A DNA stretch of 64,000 bases, from positions 15,278 through 79,277 of the forward strand of contig BTVV01000017.1 of assembly GCA_045863855.1 (NCBI GenBank), written 5' to 3'. The translations under genes were made by a program, and so were the position numbers. A model generated the notes under the pieces. It ran no database searches. It saw only the letters and a list, made by a program, of their open reading frames with translations, and was not told where the DNA came from. Below are positions 29,144-39,429 of the stretch, piece after piece. This DNA is from Planctomycetota bacterium. GTDB taxonomy: Bacteria; Planctomycetota; SZUA-567; H5-PLA8. Position 1 is the stretch's first letter; each line of letters begins with the position of its first letter.

Positions 29144-30325
29144 ATGTCCAGCCCCGTGATTCTGTCCGCCGTCCGTACGCCGATCGGGAAGTTTCTCGGA
29201 GGCTTATCCGGGTTGACCGCCACCGAACTGGGTGCGCGGGTCTATAAAGAGGCGCTGGCGCGCGCCGGGGTAGCGCCCGAACTGGTTGACGAAGCGATCC
29301 TGGGTAACGTGCTCACGGCCGGGTTGGGGCAGGCCCCGGCACGGCAGGCGGCGTTGAAGGCCGGTTGTCCGGAATCGATCCCCGCTTTCGCCGTGAATAA
29401 GGTTTGCGGCTCGGGCCTGAAGGCAGTGATGCTGGCCGCTCAGGCAATCAAGGCTGGCGACGCGAAGGCCGTCCTCGCGGGCGGCGCCGAGAGCATGTCC
29501 AACTCGCCGCATTTGATCCGAAGGCATCGCGCGGGGAACCCGTACGGGCATGGGATTCTGGAAGATACCCTCCTGACCGACGGCCTCGAATGCGCTTTCG
29601 AGAAGTGGCATATGGGCAGCGCGGCGGAGCACATCGCCAAACGCTTCGACGTTTCGCGCGAGGATATGGACCGCTTCGCCTACGAGAGCCACCGGCGCGC
29701 CGTAGCCGCGCAGGAAGCGGGATTGTTCAAAAAGGAAATGGTGGCCGTCGAGATCGCGCAGCGTAAGGGACCGGCCATGGTGGCGGATAAGGACGAGAGC
29801 CCCCGCGCGGATACGTCGCTGGAGCGGTTGGCGAAGCTGCCGCCGGCCTTCCAGAAGGACGGCTGCGTGACAGCCGGAAACGCGAGTTCGCTTAACGACG
29901 GCGCCGCGGCGCTGCTGGTGGCCGACGAAACCTGGTCCAAGGAACAGGGCAAGAAGCCGATCGGCCGGATTCTCGCCTACGCCACAGCGGGCGTCGCGCC
30001 GAAGGATATCTTTCACGCGCCTTCCCTGGCCGTGCCCGCGGCGTTGGCCAAGGCGGGATATAAGTTGTCCGATGTGGACTTGTTCGAACTGAACGAAGCC
30101 TTCGCCGCGCAGGCAGTCGCGAACGTCAAGCATATGGAAATCGATCCGGCCAAAGTGAACGTGCACGGCGGCGCGGTGGCGCTGGGGCATCCGATCGGAG
30201 CCAGCGGCGCTCGGGTGCTGGTGACGCTGCTGCATGCGCTGGAAGCCCGCGGCGGAAAGTTGGGCGTGGCGAGCCTGTGCTTGGGCGGCGGGAACGCGGT
30301 GGCGCTGGTCGTGGAGCGGGTTTAA
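29144..30325 (+). CDS. Acetyl-CoA C-acetyltransferase (thiolase)
   Basis: RTPIGKF, NKVCGSGL, TAGNAS, NEAFA, GHPIGASG, CLGGG. Confidence 0.96.
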   Translation: MSSPVILSAVRTPIGKFLGGLSGLTATELGARVYKEALARAGVAPELVDEAILGNVLTAGLGQAPARQAALKAGCPESIPAFAVNKVCGSGLKAVMLAAQAIKAGDAKAVLAGGAESMSNSPHLIRRHRAGNPYGHGILEDTLLTDGLECAFEKWHMGSAAEHIAKRFDVSREDMDRFAYESHRRAVAAQEAGLFKKEMVAVEIAQRKGPAMVADKDESPRADTSLERLAKLPPAFQKDGCVTAGNASSLNDGAAALLVADETWSKEQGKKPIGRILAYATAGVAPKDIFHAPSLAVPAALAKAGYKLSDVDLFELNEAFAAQAVANVKHMEIDPAKVNVHGGAVALGHPIGASGARVLVTLLHALEARGGKLGVASLCLGGGNAVALVVERV

Positions 30326-30330
30326 GCGCG

Positions 30331-31170
30331 TTAGCCCGTCCGCCAACTGAACTCCGGCTTCCACTTCAACAGTCGTTCGGCTTTCGAAAGATCGTAGAAC
30401 CCGGCGAATCCTTCCAGCGGCTTGCGTAGCGGCACGCCGGGGTGGAAGGTTCGCGCCAATTCGGCCGACGGAAGCAGCGCGGTGGAATCGGCCGCGACGA
30501 TGAAAAACGCTTCGTGGCCTTTCCAGTCCGCATCCAGCGCCAAACGGTTGGCGCGCACGACGTCGCGCATATCCACATAACCCCACAGATGCTTCGCGCC
30601 GTCGGCCGGGTTGCTTTCCTGTTTTCGCTTGCGCCATTCCGCATAGCGCTCCGGCGCGACGACCCCGTGGTAGCGCAGGCTCGAAATGGTCAATTGCTCG
30701 TAGCGCCGCGCAAAGCTGTCGGCCGTCGCTTCGCCCAGCCATTTGCTGAGGCCGTAGCATTCTTCGTTGTAGGTCGGATGCGCCTCGTCGAGCGGCAGGT
30801 AGTCGAAGCGCGCCGCGCGGCTGTACGAAAGCCCCGTCGCGTTCACGCTGCTGGCGAGACAGATCTTCTTCATCCCCAGGATCCGCGCGGCTTCGAGGAT
30901 ATGGTACGTGCCGAGGACATTCGTGGCAAAAACCTGGTGGCCGGGCATGCCGAAGGGGGAGGGGATGGCGCCGAGGTGGACGACGGCTTCGCAGCCGTCG
31001 AGGGCGCCGACGGTCTGCCCGAAATCGCTGAGGTCGGCGCGGCGGCGGTCGGGAGCGTGAACTTCGGTGCTGCGCAGGTCGATCGCGCGGACCTTGTGGC
31101 CATGCGCTTCCAGATCGGCGAGCGTGGCTTTGCCCACCGTTCCGCTGCTGCCCGTGACCGCGATCTTCAT
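30331..31170 (-). CDS. NAD-dependent epimerase/dehydratase (extended SDR)
   Basis: VTGSSGTVG, HLGA, ASS, YGLSK. Confidence 0.9.
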   Translation of the reverse strand: MKIAVTGSSGTVGKATLADLEAHGHKVRAIDLRSTEVHAPDRRRADLSDFGQTVGALDGCEAVVHLGAIPSPFGMPGHQVFATNVLGTYHILEAARILGMKKICLASSVNATGLSYSRAARFDYLPLDEAHPTYNEECYGLSKWLGEATADSFARRYEQLTISSLRYHGVVAPERYAEWRKRKQESNPADGAKHLWGYVDMRDVVRANRLALDADWKGHEAFFIVAADSTALLPSAELARTFHPGVPLRKPLEGFAGFYDLSKAERLLKWKPEFSWRTG

Positions 31171-31186
31171 GAGAGTCCTTTGACGC

Positions 31187-31975
31187 CTATGATTTCCGCG
31201 GCTGCTCGGATTTAAGCACGCTCAACACTTCGTCGTACAGCGCCGCGTTGGTCGCGAATGCGTCCTTGCCTCGGATCGTCGCTTCGCCTTGCCAAGTGGC
31301 GAAATGCCCGCCGGCTTCCTGCAAGATGGGCAGAAGCGGCGCGCAATCCCACGGATGCATGGCGGGATCGAGCATCACGTCCGCGCGGCCGGTCGCGACG
31401 AGGGCGTAGCCGCACGCGTCGCCCCACGTCCGCACGAGGCGGGCTTGCGCGGCCAGACGGTCGTAGGCGTCGGAGCGCTGCTGGCACATGCGCACGTCGC
31501 TGGTGAGCAAGGACGCTTCCGAAAGCTGGGCGACGTTCGAGACGCGGCAGGGCCGACCGTTCCAGCGGCAGCCCAGGCCGTCCGCGGCGGCGATCATCTC
31601 ACCTTGCGCGGGCAGGTACACGACCCCCACCGCGGCCTTGCCGTACACTTCGATACCAATCAACGTGCCGTAGAGGGGCACGCCGGCCACGAACGATTTG
31701 GTCCCGTCGATGGGATCGACGATCCAGCGGTAATTCGCGTCGCCGGCCTGTTCGCCGTACTCCTCACCCACGATGGCGTGCCCGGGGTAGCGCTTCTGGA
31801 CGAAGGCGCGAATGAGCTGTTCGGCTTCACGGTCGGCGCGCGTGACGGGCGTCGCGTCGGCCTTCGTTTCGACCTCCACGCCGGCGTTGAAGTACGCGAG
31901 CGTGCGGCGTCCGGCCAGATACGCGGCCTCCATGGCGGCATCGAGGAGTTCTTGCAAGGACGGTGCGGCGGCCAC
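31187..31975 (-). CDS. hisN: Histidinol-phosphatase, inositol monophosphatase family
   Basis: TPVTRADREAE, GEEYG, WIVDPIDGTKSF, RTWGD..GY.LVA.G, WDCAPL. Confidence 0.8.
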   Translation of the reverse strand: MAAAPSLQELLDAAMEAAYLAGRRTLAYFNAGVEVETKADATPVTRADREAEQLIRAFVQKRYPGHAIVGEEYGEQAGDANYRWIVDPIDGTKSFVAGVPLYGTLIGIEVYGKAAVGVVYLPAQGEMIAAADGLGCRWNGRPCRVSNVAQLSEASLLTSDVRMCQQRSDAYDRLAAQARLVRTWGDACGYALVATGRADVMLDPAMHPWDCAPLLPILQEAGGHFATWQGEATIRGKDAFATNAALYDEVLSVLKSEQPRKS

Positions 31976-31987
31976 GGGTGCTCCTTA

Positions 31988-32764
31988 TTAGGCGTGCTTG
32001 AAGTTCGCGGGGCGCTTCTCGACGAAGGCAGCCATCCCTTCCTGCGCTTCGCCGTCTTTGAAACAGGCCGCGAAAGCCTGGGCTTCCAACGGCATGCCTT
32101 CGGACTGCGGCTTCTGCAGGGCTTCGCGCGTCGCGCGCTTGGCCAGGCGCACGGCGCCGGGGCCCTTGGCCAGAACCGTCTGCGCGAGCTTGCGGGCAGT
32201 ATCGAGCAGTTGTTCGGGCGGCAAGACCTGCGTCACCAGCCCCAAGCGCAGCGCGTCTTCGGCGGAAATGGCCTCGCCGCTGAGGATCAGATGCAGCGCC
32301 GGTCCCAGGCCGACGACTCGCGGGAGGCGCTGCGAACCGCCAAAGCCGGGAATCAGCCCCAAGTTGACTTCGGGCTGGCCGAGTTTGGTCCCCGCCGCCG
32401 CGAGACGGATGTCGCAGGCGAGCGCCAGTTCGCACCCGCCGCCCAGCGCCGCGCCGTGCAGCGCCGCGATGGAGACGATCCCGCTCGACTCGATGGCGTC
32501 GAAGAGCCTCTGGCCGCGTTCGGCGAAGCGCTGCGCGCCGGATACGTCGAGTTGCGCCATTTCCTTAATGTCCGCTCCGGCCAGAAAGACCTTGCCGTCG
32601 CCGTGCAGAATGCAAACGCGCGCGCGGCCGCCGGCTTCCAATTCCTTCCAGGCGGCCTCCAACTCGTTCAGAACTTCGGACGAAAGGATGTTCAGGCCCT
32701 TTTCGCGCGCGAAGGCGATCGTCGCGAGGGCACCGTCTTGGGTGAGGCGCAGGAAATTCGGCAT
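31988..32764 (-). CDS. Enoyl-CoA hydratase (crotonase)
   Basis: FLAGADI, ALGGGCELALACDIR, GQPEVNLGLIPGFGG. Confidence 0.93.
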   Translation of the reverse strand: MPNFLRLTQDGALATIAFAREKGLNILSSEVLNELEAAWKELEAGGRARVCILHGDGKVFLAGADIKEMAQLDVSGAQRFAERGQRLFDAIESSGIVSIAALHGAALGGGCELALACDIRLAAAGTKLGQPEVNLGLIPGFGGSQRLPRVVGLGPALHLILSGEAISAEDALRLGLVTQVLPPEQLLDTARKLAQTVLAKGPGAVRLAKRATREALQKPQSEGMPLEAQAFAACFKDGEAQEGMAAFVEKRPANFKHA

Positions 32765-32784
32765 GGGCAGCTCCGGAACCGCAT

Positions 32785-33642
32785 TCACTCGTTGTAGGCG
32801 TAAAACCCGTGCTTCGTCTTCCGGCCCAGTTTGCCGGCGGCGACCATCTGCTTCAGGAGCGGGCAAGGACGATACTTCGGATCGCCGAAGCCTTCGTGCA
32901 GGACGTTCATGATATCCAGGCAGACGTCGAGCCCGATGAAATCGGCCAGCGTGAGCGGCCCCATCGGATGCGCCATGCCGAGCTTGAAAACTTCGTCGAC
33001 GGCTTCCGGAGTCGCCACGCCTTCGAAGACCGCGAAGATGGCTTCGTTGATCAGCGGCATCAGCACGCGGTTGCTCACGAAGCCCGGGTAATCGTTCACT
33101 TCGACCGGGGACTTTCCGAGTTCACGGGAGAGTTCCACGACGATCCGGTTGGTCTCGGCGCCGGTCTTGTTGCCGCGGATCACTTCGACGAGTTTCATGA
33201 CCGGCACGGGATTGAAGAAGTGCATGCCGATAAACAATTCCGGGCGCTGGGTGGCGCTGGCGAGCTTGGTGATCGAGATGCTGCTGGTGTTGCTGGCAAA
33301 AAGCACGCCCGGCGGGCAGAGGCTTTCGAGCGCGTGCCAAGTGTCGAGCTTGATCGATTCCTTTTCGAAAATGGCTTCGATGACGAGCTGCGCGTCCTTC
33401 GCGGCGGCCATTTCCGGTGCCGGGCGGATGCGCGTGAGCGCGGCCTCGGCGTCGGCCTGAGTGAGCGCACCCTTCTTGACCATGCGCCGCAGCGAATCCT
33501 GCACCTTCACGCGCGCCGCTTCGAGCTGCGCGGGCCCGGTGTCGATCAGCGTCACCTGCTTGCCGGCCGCCGCGCAGACTTGCGCGATGCCCGAGCCCAT
33601 GGTGCCCGCGCCGATTACCGCGATTCGTTCGATGCCGCCCAT
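32785..33642 (-). CDS. hbd: 3-hydroxybutyryl-CoA dehydrogenase
   Basis: GAGTMGSGIAQ, SNTSSISI, GMHFFNP, PGFVSNR, HPMGPL.LADFIGLD. Confidence 0.93.
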   Translation of the reverse strand: MGGIERIAVIGAGTMGSGIAQVCAAAGKQVTLIDTGPAQLEAARVKVQDSLRRMVKKGALTQADAEAALTRIRPAPEMAAAKDAQLVIEAIFEKESIKLDTWHALESLCPPGVLFASNTSSISITKLASATQRPELFIGMHFFNPVPVMKLVEVIRGNKTGAETNRIVVELSRELGKSPVEVNDYPGFVSNRVLMPLINEAIFAVFEGVATPEAVDEVFKLGMAHPMGPLTLADFIGLDVCLDIMNVLHEGFGDPKYRPCPLLKQMVAAGKLGRKTKHGFYAYNE

Positions 33643-33654
33643 CGGACCTCCCGC

Positions 33655-34365
33655 TTACTTGCCATCCGCCGCGCGCACGGTCTGTTCGATCACGATCTTC
33701 AGGGCCGCTTTCAGCTTCTCCGCCGTGAACGTCCCGCCGGCCGGATCGGGCGTGCCGAAATCGGGTACGTGTACGAAGCCGCGGCGCACCAACGGCGGCG
33801 CATTCTCGCCGCGTGGCAGCGCCATCAGCCGGTAAAAGCATTCATTGCAGAGATAACCGCCGGCGTCGTCGCTGCTGGCCGAACCGATCTTCGCTTCCTT
33901 TAAGGCCGCCAGAATTTCGGCCGTAGGCAGCGAGGTGGGAAGTTCCGCCGCGCCTTTGGGATCGATTTGGCTGCGCGAAGGGCGCACTCCTTTGTTGTCC
34001 GGCGGGCGCATGGGGTGGTAACCGTTGCGCGCAAGCGTCTCGATCCGAACGACCTCGGTCCCGACGCCGCAGGAGATTACGGCGCGCGGCTTGTGCTTCG
34101 AGATGGCGGCGTAGAGCGGTTCGGTCATTTCGTCGTACACCACCGGCAGCAGCGCGGTCACGATGCGATATCCACCGATCTCCTGGCCTTCGAACGTCTT
34201 GACCGTCTCCCAACTCGCGTTGACCTTGAGACCGCCGAATGGCTCGAACCCGGTCAGCAGCAGGACAGGTTTTTCGGGCGCGGCTTCTTCTGCCGTCTGT
34301 CCGGCCGATGATAGGATCGCGGCGGCGAGCAGGAATAGAAGGAAGGTTCGTTTCGATAGCGGCAT
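33655..34365 (-). CDS. pcp: Pyroglutamyl-peptidase I (C15) with N-terminal signal peptide
   Basis: LTGFEPFGG..NAS, RIE (Glu), DAGGYLCN (Cys), FVHVP (His). Confidence 0.88.
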   Translation of the reverse strand: MPLSKRTFLLFLLAAAILSSAGQTAEEAAPEKPVLLLTGFEPFGGLKVNASWETVKTFEGQEIGGYRIVTALLPVVYDEMTEPLYAAISKHKPRAVISCGVGTEVVRIETLARNGYHPMRPPDNKGVRPSRSQIDPKGAAELPTSLPTAEILAALKEAKIGSASSDDAGGYLCNECFYRLMALPRGENAPPLVRRGFVHVPDFGTPDPAGGTFTAEKLKAALKIVIEQTVRAADGK

Positions 34366-34380
34366 TCGAGCACCTCTTGT

Positions 34381-34818
34381 CTATACGCCGCGCGCTTCTT
34401 TCGCGGCAAAATGCCGGTCGAGGAACTCCACGATCTGCTGCGTGCTGGTGCCGGGGCCGAAGATCGCGCCGACGCCGAGATTTTTCAGTTCCTGCTCGTC
34501 TTGCGGCGGAATGATTCCGCCGCCGAAGACCAGCACATCGCCCAGCCCTTCGCGCTTCAGGCCTTCCATCACGACCGGAAAGAGCGTCATGTGCGCACCG
34601 CTGAGGATCGAGAGGCCGACGGCTTCGACGTCTTCTTGCAGCGCAGCTTCGACGACGGCCTCGGGATCCTGGTGCAGCCCCGTGTAAATCACTTCGTAGC
34701 CGGCCTCGGTGAGGGCTCGGACAACCACCTTGGCGCCGCGGTCGTGCCCGTCCAGCCCGGGCTTGGCGACGAGGATGCGGTGTCTGCGGGACGGCTTGGG
34801 TGCGTTCGAATCGGTCAT
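34381..34818 (-). CDS. Cobalamin-binding small subunit of acyl-CoA mutase (IcmB / MCM C-terminal-like)
   Basis: [12 protein letters not shown] (DxHxxG), [19 protein letters not shown]. Confidence 0.95.
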   Translation of the reverse strand: MTDSNAPKPSRRHRILVAKPGLDGHDRGAKVVVRALTEAGYEVIYTGLHQDPEAVVEAALQEDVEAVGLSILSGAHMTLFPVVMEGLKREGLGDVLVFGGGIIPPQDEQELKNLGVGAIFGPGTSTQQIVEFLDRHFAAKEARGV

Positions 34819-34883
34819 GTTTACCTTTTAGCCGCCCCCTTGAGCGCCTGCAACTCAACCCGAAGGGAATGCGACGCGTGCAG

Positions 34884-35114
34884 TCAGCGGGACATCAGCC
34901 AATTCCAGACGGTAATCAGGAGCGGCAGGACCAGTGCGAGCACGACCAGCCACCCGGCGATCAGGAATACGCGCGGGATGCGGCGTTCGTCTTCGGCGCC
35001 CAGCCCGAAGCGGCCCTTCCCGTCGGTATAGTGCCCGCAGTACGGGCATTCGGCCACGTCGGGAAAGATGCTTCGATTGCAGTACGTGCAGGTGTCGTAT
35101 TCGCCAGGGTCCAT
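34884..35114 (-). CDS. Small zinc-ribbon membrane protein
   Basis: CTYC...CPYCG followed by a single TM helix. Confidence 0.7.
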   Translation of the reverse strand: MDPGEYDTCTYCNRSIFPDVAECPYCGHYTDGKGRFGLGAEDERRIPRVFLIAGWLVVLALVLPLLITVWNWLMSR

Positions 35115-35160
35115 GCGTGGCGTTCAATCCTGCAGAAAGGCGCGTAGGGCCGACGGCCGG

Positions 35161-35496
35161 TTACTCGTCGTCATCCGTCCCGCGCTTGCGTTCTTCGCGA
35201 GGGGGCTTGATTTTCAGGCGCTGGTACACGCGCAGCTTGCTGCCGGGCGGGACATCGGACGATTTCAGGCCGTCCACCACCAAGTCGCCCCCCACGCGCT
35301 GCTGCGAGGGGTAAATGTCGAGGATGCAGGTCTTGCGCGCTTTGCCATCGGGCTTCACGATCTCGACGATATCGCGCTGCCGCGCGGTGAAATCGGGCGA
35401 TGTTTCCGGACCGCCGACCAGCACGAGGCCCTGCAGGAGAACCTCGTACGTCTTTTCGATCACGAACCAAGGCGTGTCTTCATGAGCGTCGGGCAT
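35161..35496 (-). CDS. Hypothetical protein (possible EF-Tu domain II-like beta-barrel)
   Basis: FVIEKTYEV..QGLVLVG...DIVEIV...GLKSSDVPPGSKL; typical codon usage; in operon. Confidence 0.55.
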   Translation of the reverse strand: MPDAHEDTPWFVIEKTYEVLLQGLVLVGGPETSPDFTARQRDIVEIVKPDGKARKTCILDIYPSQQRVGGDLVVDGLKSSDVPPGSKLRVYQRLKIKPPREERKRGTDDDE

Positions 35497-35573
35497 GTTC
35501 GAATTTCCGCGCGGCGGGGCTAGAGAGGCATGCGCTCGCCGATCCACGATTTCAAACCAGGAACCTTGGCGGA

Positions 35574-37223
35574 TCAGACCGCGGCCAGCTTGCGGTATTC
35601 GCCCCAAACCTGTCGACAGATGCCGCACATTTCGCCTTGGGTCACGCGCACGCGCGCGCAATCGACGAGCGCTGCCATCACGTTTTGATCGTCGCTGCGG
35701 CAAGCCGCTTCGAGCTTGCGCAGCGCGGCTTCGACCTTCAGCGCATCGCGTTCGGCGCGGGTGCGCTGGACGCGCTTCTTCTGCTCTTCTTCGAGCTTCG
35801 GGTCGACGTACAGGAGCGTGGGCTCGGCGGCCTCGGCGCTTTCGAAGCAATTGACGCCGACGATCTTACGTTTGCCCGATTCGACTTCCTTCTGCTGCTG
35901 GAAGCTCGAACGTGCGATCTCGCGCCGGAAGAAGCCGCCGTCTATTGCCGGAAACATCCCGCCCAGTTCTTCGATCTTGCGGAAGTACTCGTAGCACTCG
36001 GCTTCCAGGCGATCGGTGAGGGCCTCGACGAAGTAGCTGCCGCCCAGCGGATCGATGACGTGCGGCACGCCGGTCTCGTAAGCGATCACCTGCTGCGTGC
36101 GCAGCGCGATCTGCACGGCTTTCTCGGTGGGCAGCGCCAAGGCCTCGTCGTAGCTGTTGGTATGCAGGCTCTGCGTCCCGCCCAGCACCGCGGCCAGGGC
36201 TTCGATGGCGGTGCGGACGATATTATTCTCGGGCTGCTGCGCGGTGAGACTCACCCCGGCCGTCTGGGCGTGCGTGCGCAGGAGCATGCTGCGCGGATTC
36301 CGCGCGCCGCGTTTCTTGAGTTCGCGCGCCCATATTCGCCGCGCCGCGCGGAACTTCGCGATCTCCTCGAAGAAGTCGATGTGTACGTCGAAGAAGAAGC
36401 TCAAGCGCGGAGCGAAATCGTCCAGTTCCAGTCCTGCCTTTACGCCCTCGTCGACGTAACACAGACCGTCGGCAAGCGTGAATGCGAGTTCCTGCCCCGC
36501 GGTGCTGCCGGCTTCGCGAATGTGGTACCCGCTGATCGAAACGGTATTCCACTGCGGCACGTGGTCGCGGCCGTACTTGAAGATGTCGGTGATGATGCGC
36601 ATCGACGGCTCGGGTCCGACGAGCCAGGAGTTCTGTGCGTGGTACTCCTTGAGAATGTCGTTTTGAATGGTTCCGCGTAGCTTGTCGCCGGAAACGCCTT
36701 GGCGTTCGGCCGCGGCGATGTAGAAGGCGAAGAGCATCGCGGCGGGGCCGTTGATGGTCATCGAGGTGCTGACCTGATCCATCGGGATGCCGGCGAAGAG
36801 CGCGGCCATGTCGTCGACGCTGTCGATGGCCACGCCGCAGCGGCCCACCTCGCCACGGCTGCGCGCGTGGTCGCTGTCGTAGCCCATCAGCGTTGGGAAA
36901 TCGAAGGCCACCGACAAACCGGTCTGGCCGTGTTCGAGCAAGTACTTGAAACGTTCGTTAGTTTCGGTGGCGGTTCCAAAGCCCGCGAACTGGCGCATTG
37001 TCCAGAGCCGTCCGCGGTACATCGTGGCATGAATGCCACGGGTGTAGGGGAATTCGCCCGGCAGGCCCAGATCGCGTTCGTGATCGAGTTTTGCGACATC
37101 GGCGCTGGTGTAGAGCGGCTGAACCGGCGCACCGCTGAGCGTGGTAAACATGCCGTCCTTGCGCTCGGGCGTGGCCTTGATGGCCGCGTCGTACGCAGAT
37201 CGCCCGGCTTCAAAACTGGACAT
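35574..37223 (-). CDS. Acyl-CoA mutase large (substrate-binding) subunit, isobutyryl-CoA-mutase-like
   Basis: [66 protein letters not shown]; no B12 domain in this chain. Confidence 0.92.
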   Translation of the reverse strand: MSSFEAGRSAYDAAIKATPERKDGMFTTLSGAPVQPLYTSADVAKLDHERDLGLPGEFPYTRGIHATMYRGRLWTMRQFAGFGTATETNERFKYLLEHGQTGLSVAFDFPTLMGYDSDHARSRGEVGRCGVAIDSVDDMAALFAGIPMDQVSTSMTINGPAAMLFAFYIAAAERQGVSGDKLRGTIQNDILKEYHAQNSWLVGPEPSMRIITDIFKYGRDHVPQWNTVSISGYHIREAGSTAGQELAFTLADGLCYVDEGVKAGLELDDFAPRLSFFFDVHIDFFEEIAKFRAARRIWARELKKRGARNPRSMLLRTHAQTAGVSLTAQQPENNIVRTAIEALAAVLGGTQSLHTNSYDEALALPTEKAVQIALRTQQVIAYETGVPHVIDPLGGSYFVEALTDRLEAECYEYFRKIEELGGMFPAIDGGFFRREIARSSFQQQKEVESGKRKIVGVNCFESAEAAEPTLLYVDPKLEEEQKKRVQRTRAERDALKVEAALRKLEAACRSDDQNVMAALVDCARVRVTQGEMCGICRQVWGEYRKLAAV

Positions 37224-37351
37224 TCCGACCCCCTAAAGGAACCCGTTTGCCTTACAGGGGTTATAGTGTACACGATGGGTCGGGAGACTCAACAGCCTCG
37301 CCGTCGACAGGGCTGTGGATTGGGGATCGATCTGGACCCATTGGTGACGCC

Positions 37352-37756
37352 ATGACCCTCGGCATACTTGGACTACTCGTGTACGCCTTGATCATCGTGG
37401 CCCTACTGTACGCGCGCTGGGATGTGAATCAGTTCTTGCGCCAACATGCTGTGATTGCCAATAGCAGTGGTCTTGAGGCGTTCAAAAGGCTGGCACGTCG
37501 AAACATGAAGGCGGTATTCCCGCTTACGGCCTTATTCATCGCAGGCATGGGTTTAACGGCGCAATTGATCATTCAGCATCGGCTCATCGGCTTCGTAACG
37601 ATTTTACTGGTCAATGGGATGGTGGTGGGGTCAGCGCTTGTCTTAAACAAGGCCGAGAAGCAAGCTCGAGAGTTGTCCTGCGCAGATCCGGCGCTGGAGA
37701 CCGAATACCGGAGCGTTGCAGAATCTTGGCTCAACGATTCTTGGCCCCGGTTCTAG
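37352..37756 (+). CDS. Hypothetical membrane protein (3 TM)
   Basis: Hydrophobic segments; lower-GC codons. Confidence 0.65.
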   Translation: MTLGILGLLVYALIIVALLYARWDVNQFLRQHAVIANSSGLEAFKRLARRNMKAVFPLTALFIAGMGLTAQLIIQHRLIGFVTILLVNGMVVGSALVLNKAEKQARELSCADPALETEYRSVAESWLNDSWPRF

Positions 37757-37829
37757 GCTGGTTAGACTCTACGTTTGGCTTCACCGAATCTTCAAATTAC
37801 CTTCATCGTCAGCACTCTAAAGGAGCGGC

Positions 37830-38102
37830 ATGATGCGTCTCGTTCCTTGGAGAATGACCATGCCCGCACGTTCCCGCGCTTCCGATATTCTCCGCTATTC
37901 TTTTCTTGCGGTCTTTGCGAACGACAAGACCATCGACGCTCACGAACTGGCCATGCTGGAACGCATGGCACTGGAAGACCAGAAGATTGACGAGAAGGAG
38001 AAGACCGTCCTGCGCAACCTGTTCTCGCGGGTCACGCAGGCTCAGGTCGAACCCAAAGTCTGGGACGAGATTCAGCTTTTCCGCGCCAAGCATGGGATTT
38101 GA
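37830..38102 (+). CDS. Small helical hypothetical protein (TerB-like ANDxxID..E motif)
   Basis: FANDKTIDAHELAML..ALEDQKIDEKEK; start may be 37860. Confidence 0.65.
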   Translation: MMRLVPWRMTMPARSRASDILRYSFLAVFANDKTIDAHELAMLERMALEDQKIDEKEKTVLRNLFSRVTQAQVEPKVWDEIQLFRAKHGI

Positions 38103-38160
38103 ACCCCGCATCCGAATGGTTTGACGCTACTGGCAAGCTTCGGTAGCCTCTGATCTTGTC

Positions 38161-38667
38161 ATGGAACCCGTTCAAGACCGGCAATCGGTCACGCCCGACG
38201 GTACGCCGCTGCAGAAGCTGATTGCCGGCGTACGGGTGATTCCGTTGATCTCGCATTTGGATGCGCGCGGGTCGATCACGCAGCTCCCGCCCGATCTTTT
38301 CGTTCTACCGGTGGTGGACGCGCATCAGGTGACCATCCGGCCCGGGATGATCAAGGGCTGGATCATGCACAAGCTTCAGGAAGACCGGCTCTTTTTCTGG
38401 CAGGGCGATCTGCGCGTGGTCCTTTACGACGCGCGGGAGGACTCGGCCACACGGGGCCAATTCAACGATCTGTGCTTCGGCGCCGGGAAGCCGGCGTATT
38501 GCGTGATCCCGCCCGGCGTCTTTCATGCGGTGCAGAATCTGGGACAGGAAACGGCGAGCCACATGAGTTTTCCGACGGTGCCGTACGATCATGTGCGGCC
38601 CGACAAGTACCGCTTACCGTTGGATACCGACCGCATCCCGTTCGATTTCCACAAGCCGGGGTGGTGA
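38161..38667 (+). CDS. dTDP-4-dehydrorhamnose 3,5-epimerase-like cupin
   Basis: HLDARG, IKGWIMHKLQEDR, LYDAREDSAT.G, IPPGVFHAVQN. Confidence 0.8.
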   Translation: MEPVQDRQSVTPDGTPLQKLIAGVRVIPLISHLDARGSITQLPPDLFVLPVVDAHQVTIRPGMIKGWIMHKLQEDRLFFWQGDLRVVLYDAREDSATRGQFNDLCFGAGKPAYCVIPPGVFHAVQNLGQETASHMSFPTVPYDHVRPDKYRLPLDTDRIPFDFHKPGW

Positions 38668-39339
38668 ATGCAGGTCACCGTCGCCTTGATCAACTACAAA
38701 TCGCCCATCATCGAGCGGCTTGACGAGGTGGTGATTCCGACGCTTGCACATTACCACGGCGCGGACTTCGAGATTCTGGTCGTCGATAACGAGCCCGAGC
38801 CGAATCGGGAACTTATCGAGTATCTGCGCGAGTGCCTGGTGCCGTTCAAGTACTTCTGGAACGAAGGCCAAAACCTGATGGTCGCCGCGTCCAAGAACAT
38901 TATCTACGAAGAAGCGCAGTACCCGTACCTCGTTTACATCTGTGCGAACCACGGCCGAATGTACGATCCGACGTGGCTGGAGGATATGCTCAAGCCGTTC
39001 GAAGTTCCCGAGGTTGCCATGACCGGCACGTTGACGACTTATCCGCTCAGTCATATCGACGAAGGCGAGGGCGAAGGGGTCTTCGTGCAGGGCGGGGTCC
39101 TGGCCGCCCGCGTGGAAGTCATGCGCAGGCACCCGATGTCGCCGCTTTTTCCGCATTACCATTCGGATAAATGGATCGGCTTCGAACTACAAAAGCACGG
39201 CTACAAATTGGCGCACGTGAAGACCGTCCTGTCGCTTTGGAGGCAGAAAGCGCCAGAGCAACACGATTACAAATACGTTCACGACGAAAACTTCGTCGAG
39301 TCGCCGCTTTCGGGGAAGGACGTTCCAAATTCCGAATGA
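38668..39339 (+). CDS. Glycosyltransferase family 2-like protein
   Basis: VTVALINYK...FEILVVDN...N....ASKN; abuts the cupin (TGA then ATG). Confidence 0.7.
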   Translation: MQVTVALINYKSPIIERLDEVVIPTLAHYHGADFEILVVDNEPEPNRELIEYLRECLVPFKYFWNEGQNLMVAASKNIIYEEAQYPYLVYICANHGRMYDPTWLEDMLKPFEVPEVAMTGTLTTYPLSHIDEGEGEGVFVQGGVLAARVEVMRRHPMSPLFPHYHSDKWIGFELQKHGYKLAHVKTVLSLWRQKAPEQHDYKYVHDENFVESPLSGKDVPNSE

Positions 39340-39429
39340 GAGCGGCACCGGAGGCGGGCCGCATGCCGGCTAGTCGCCGGAATTGCGCGCGAATTCAAAG
39401 TACAAACAGGCCGGCAGGAGTCCTTGCTC

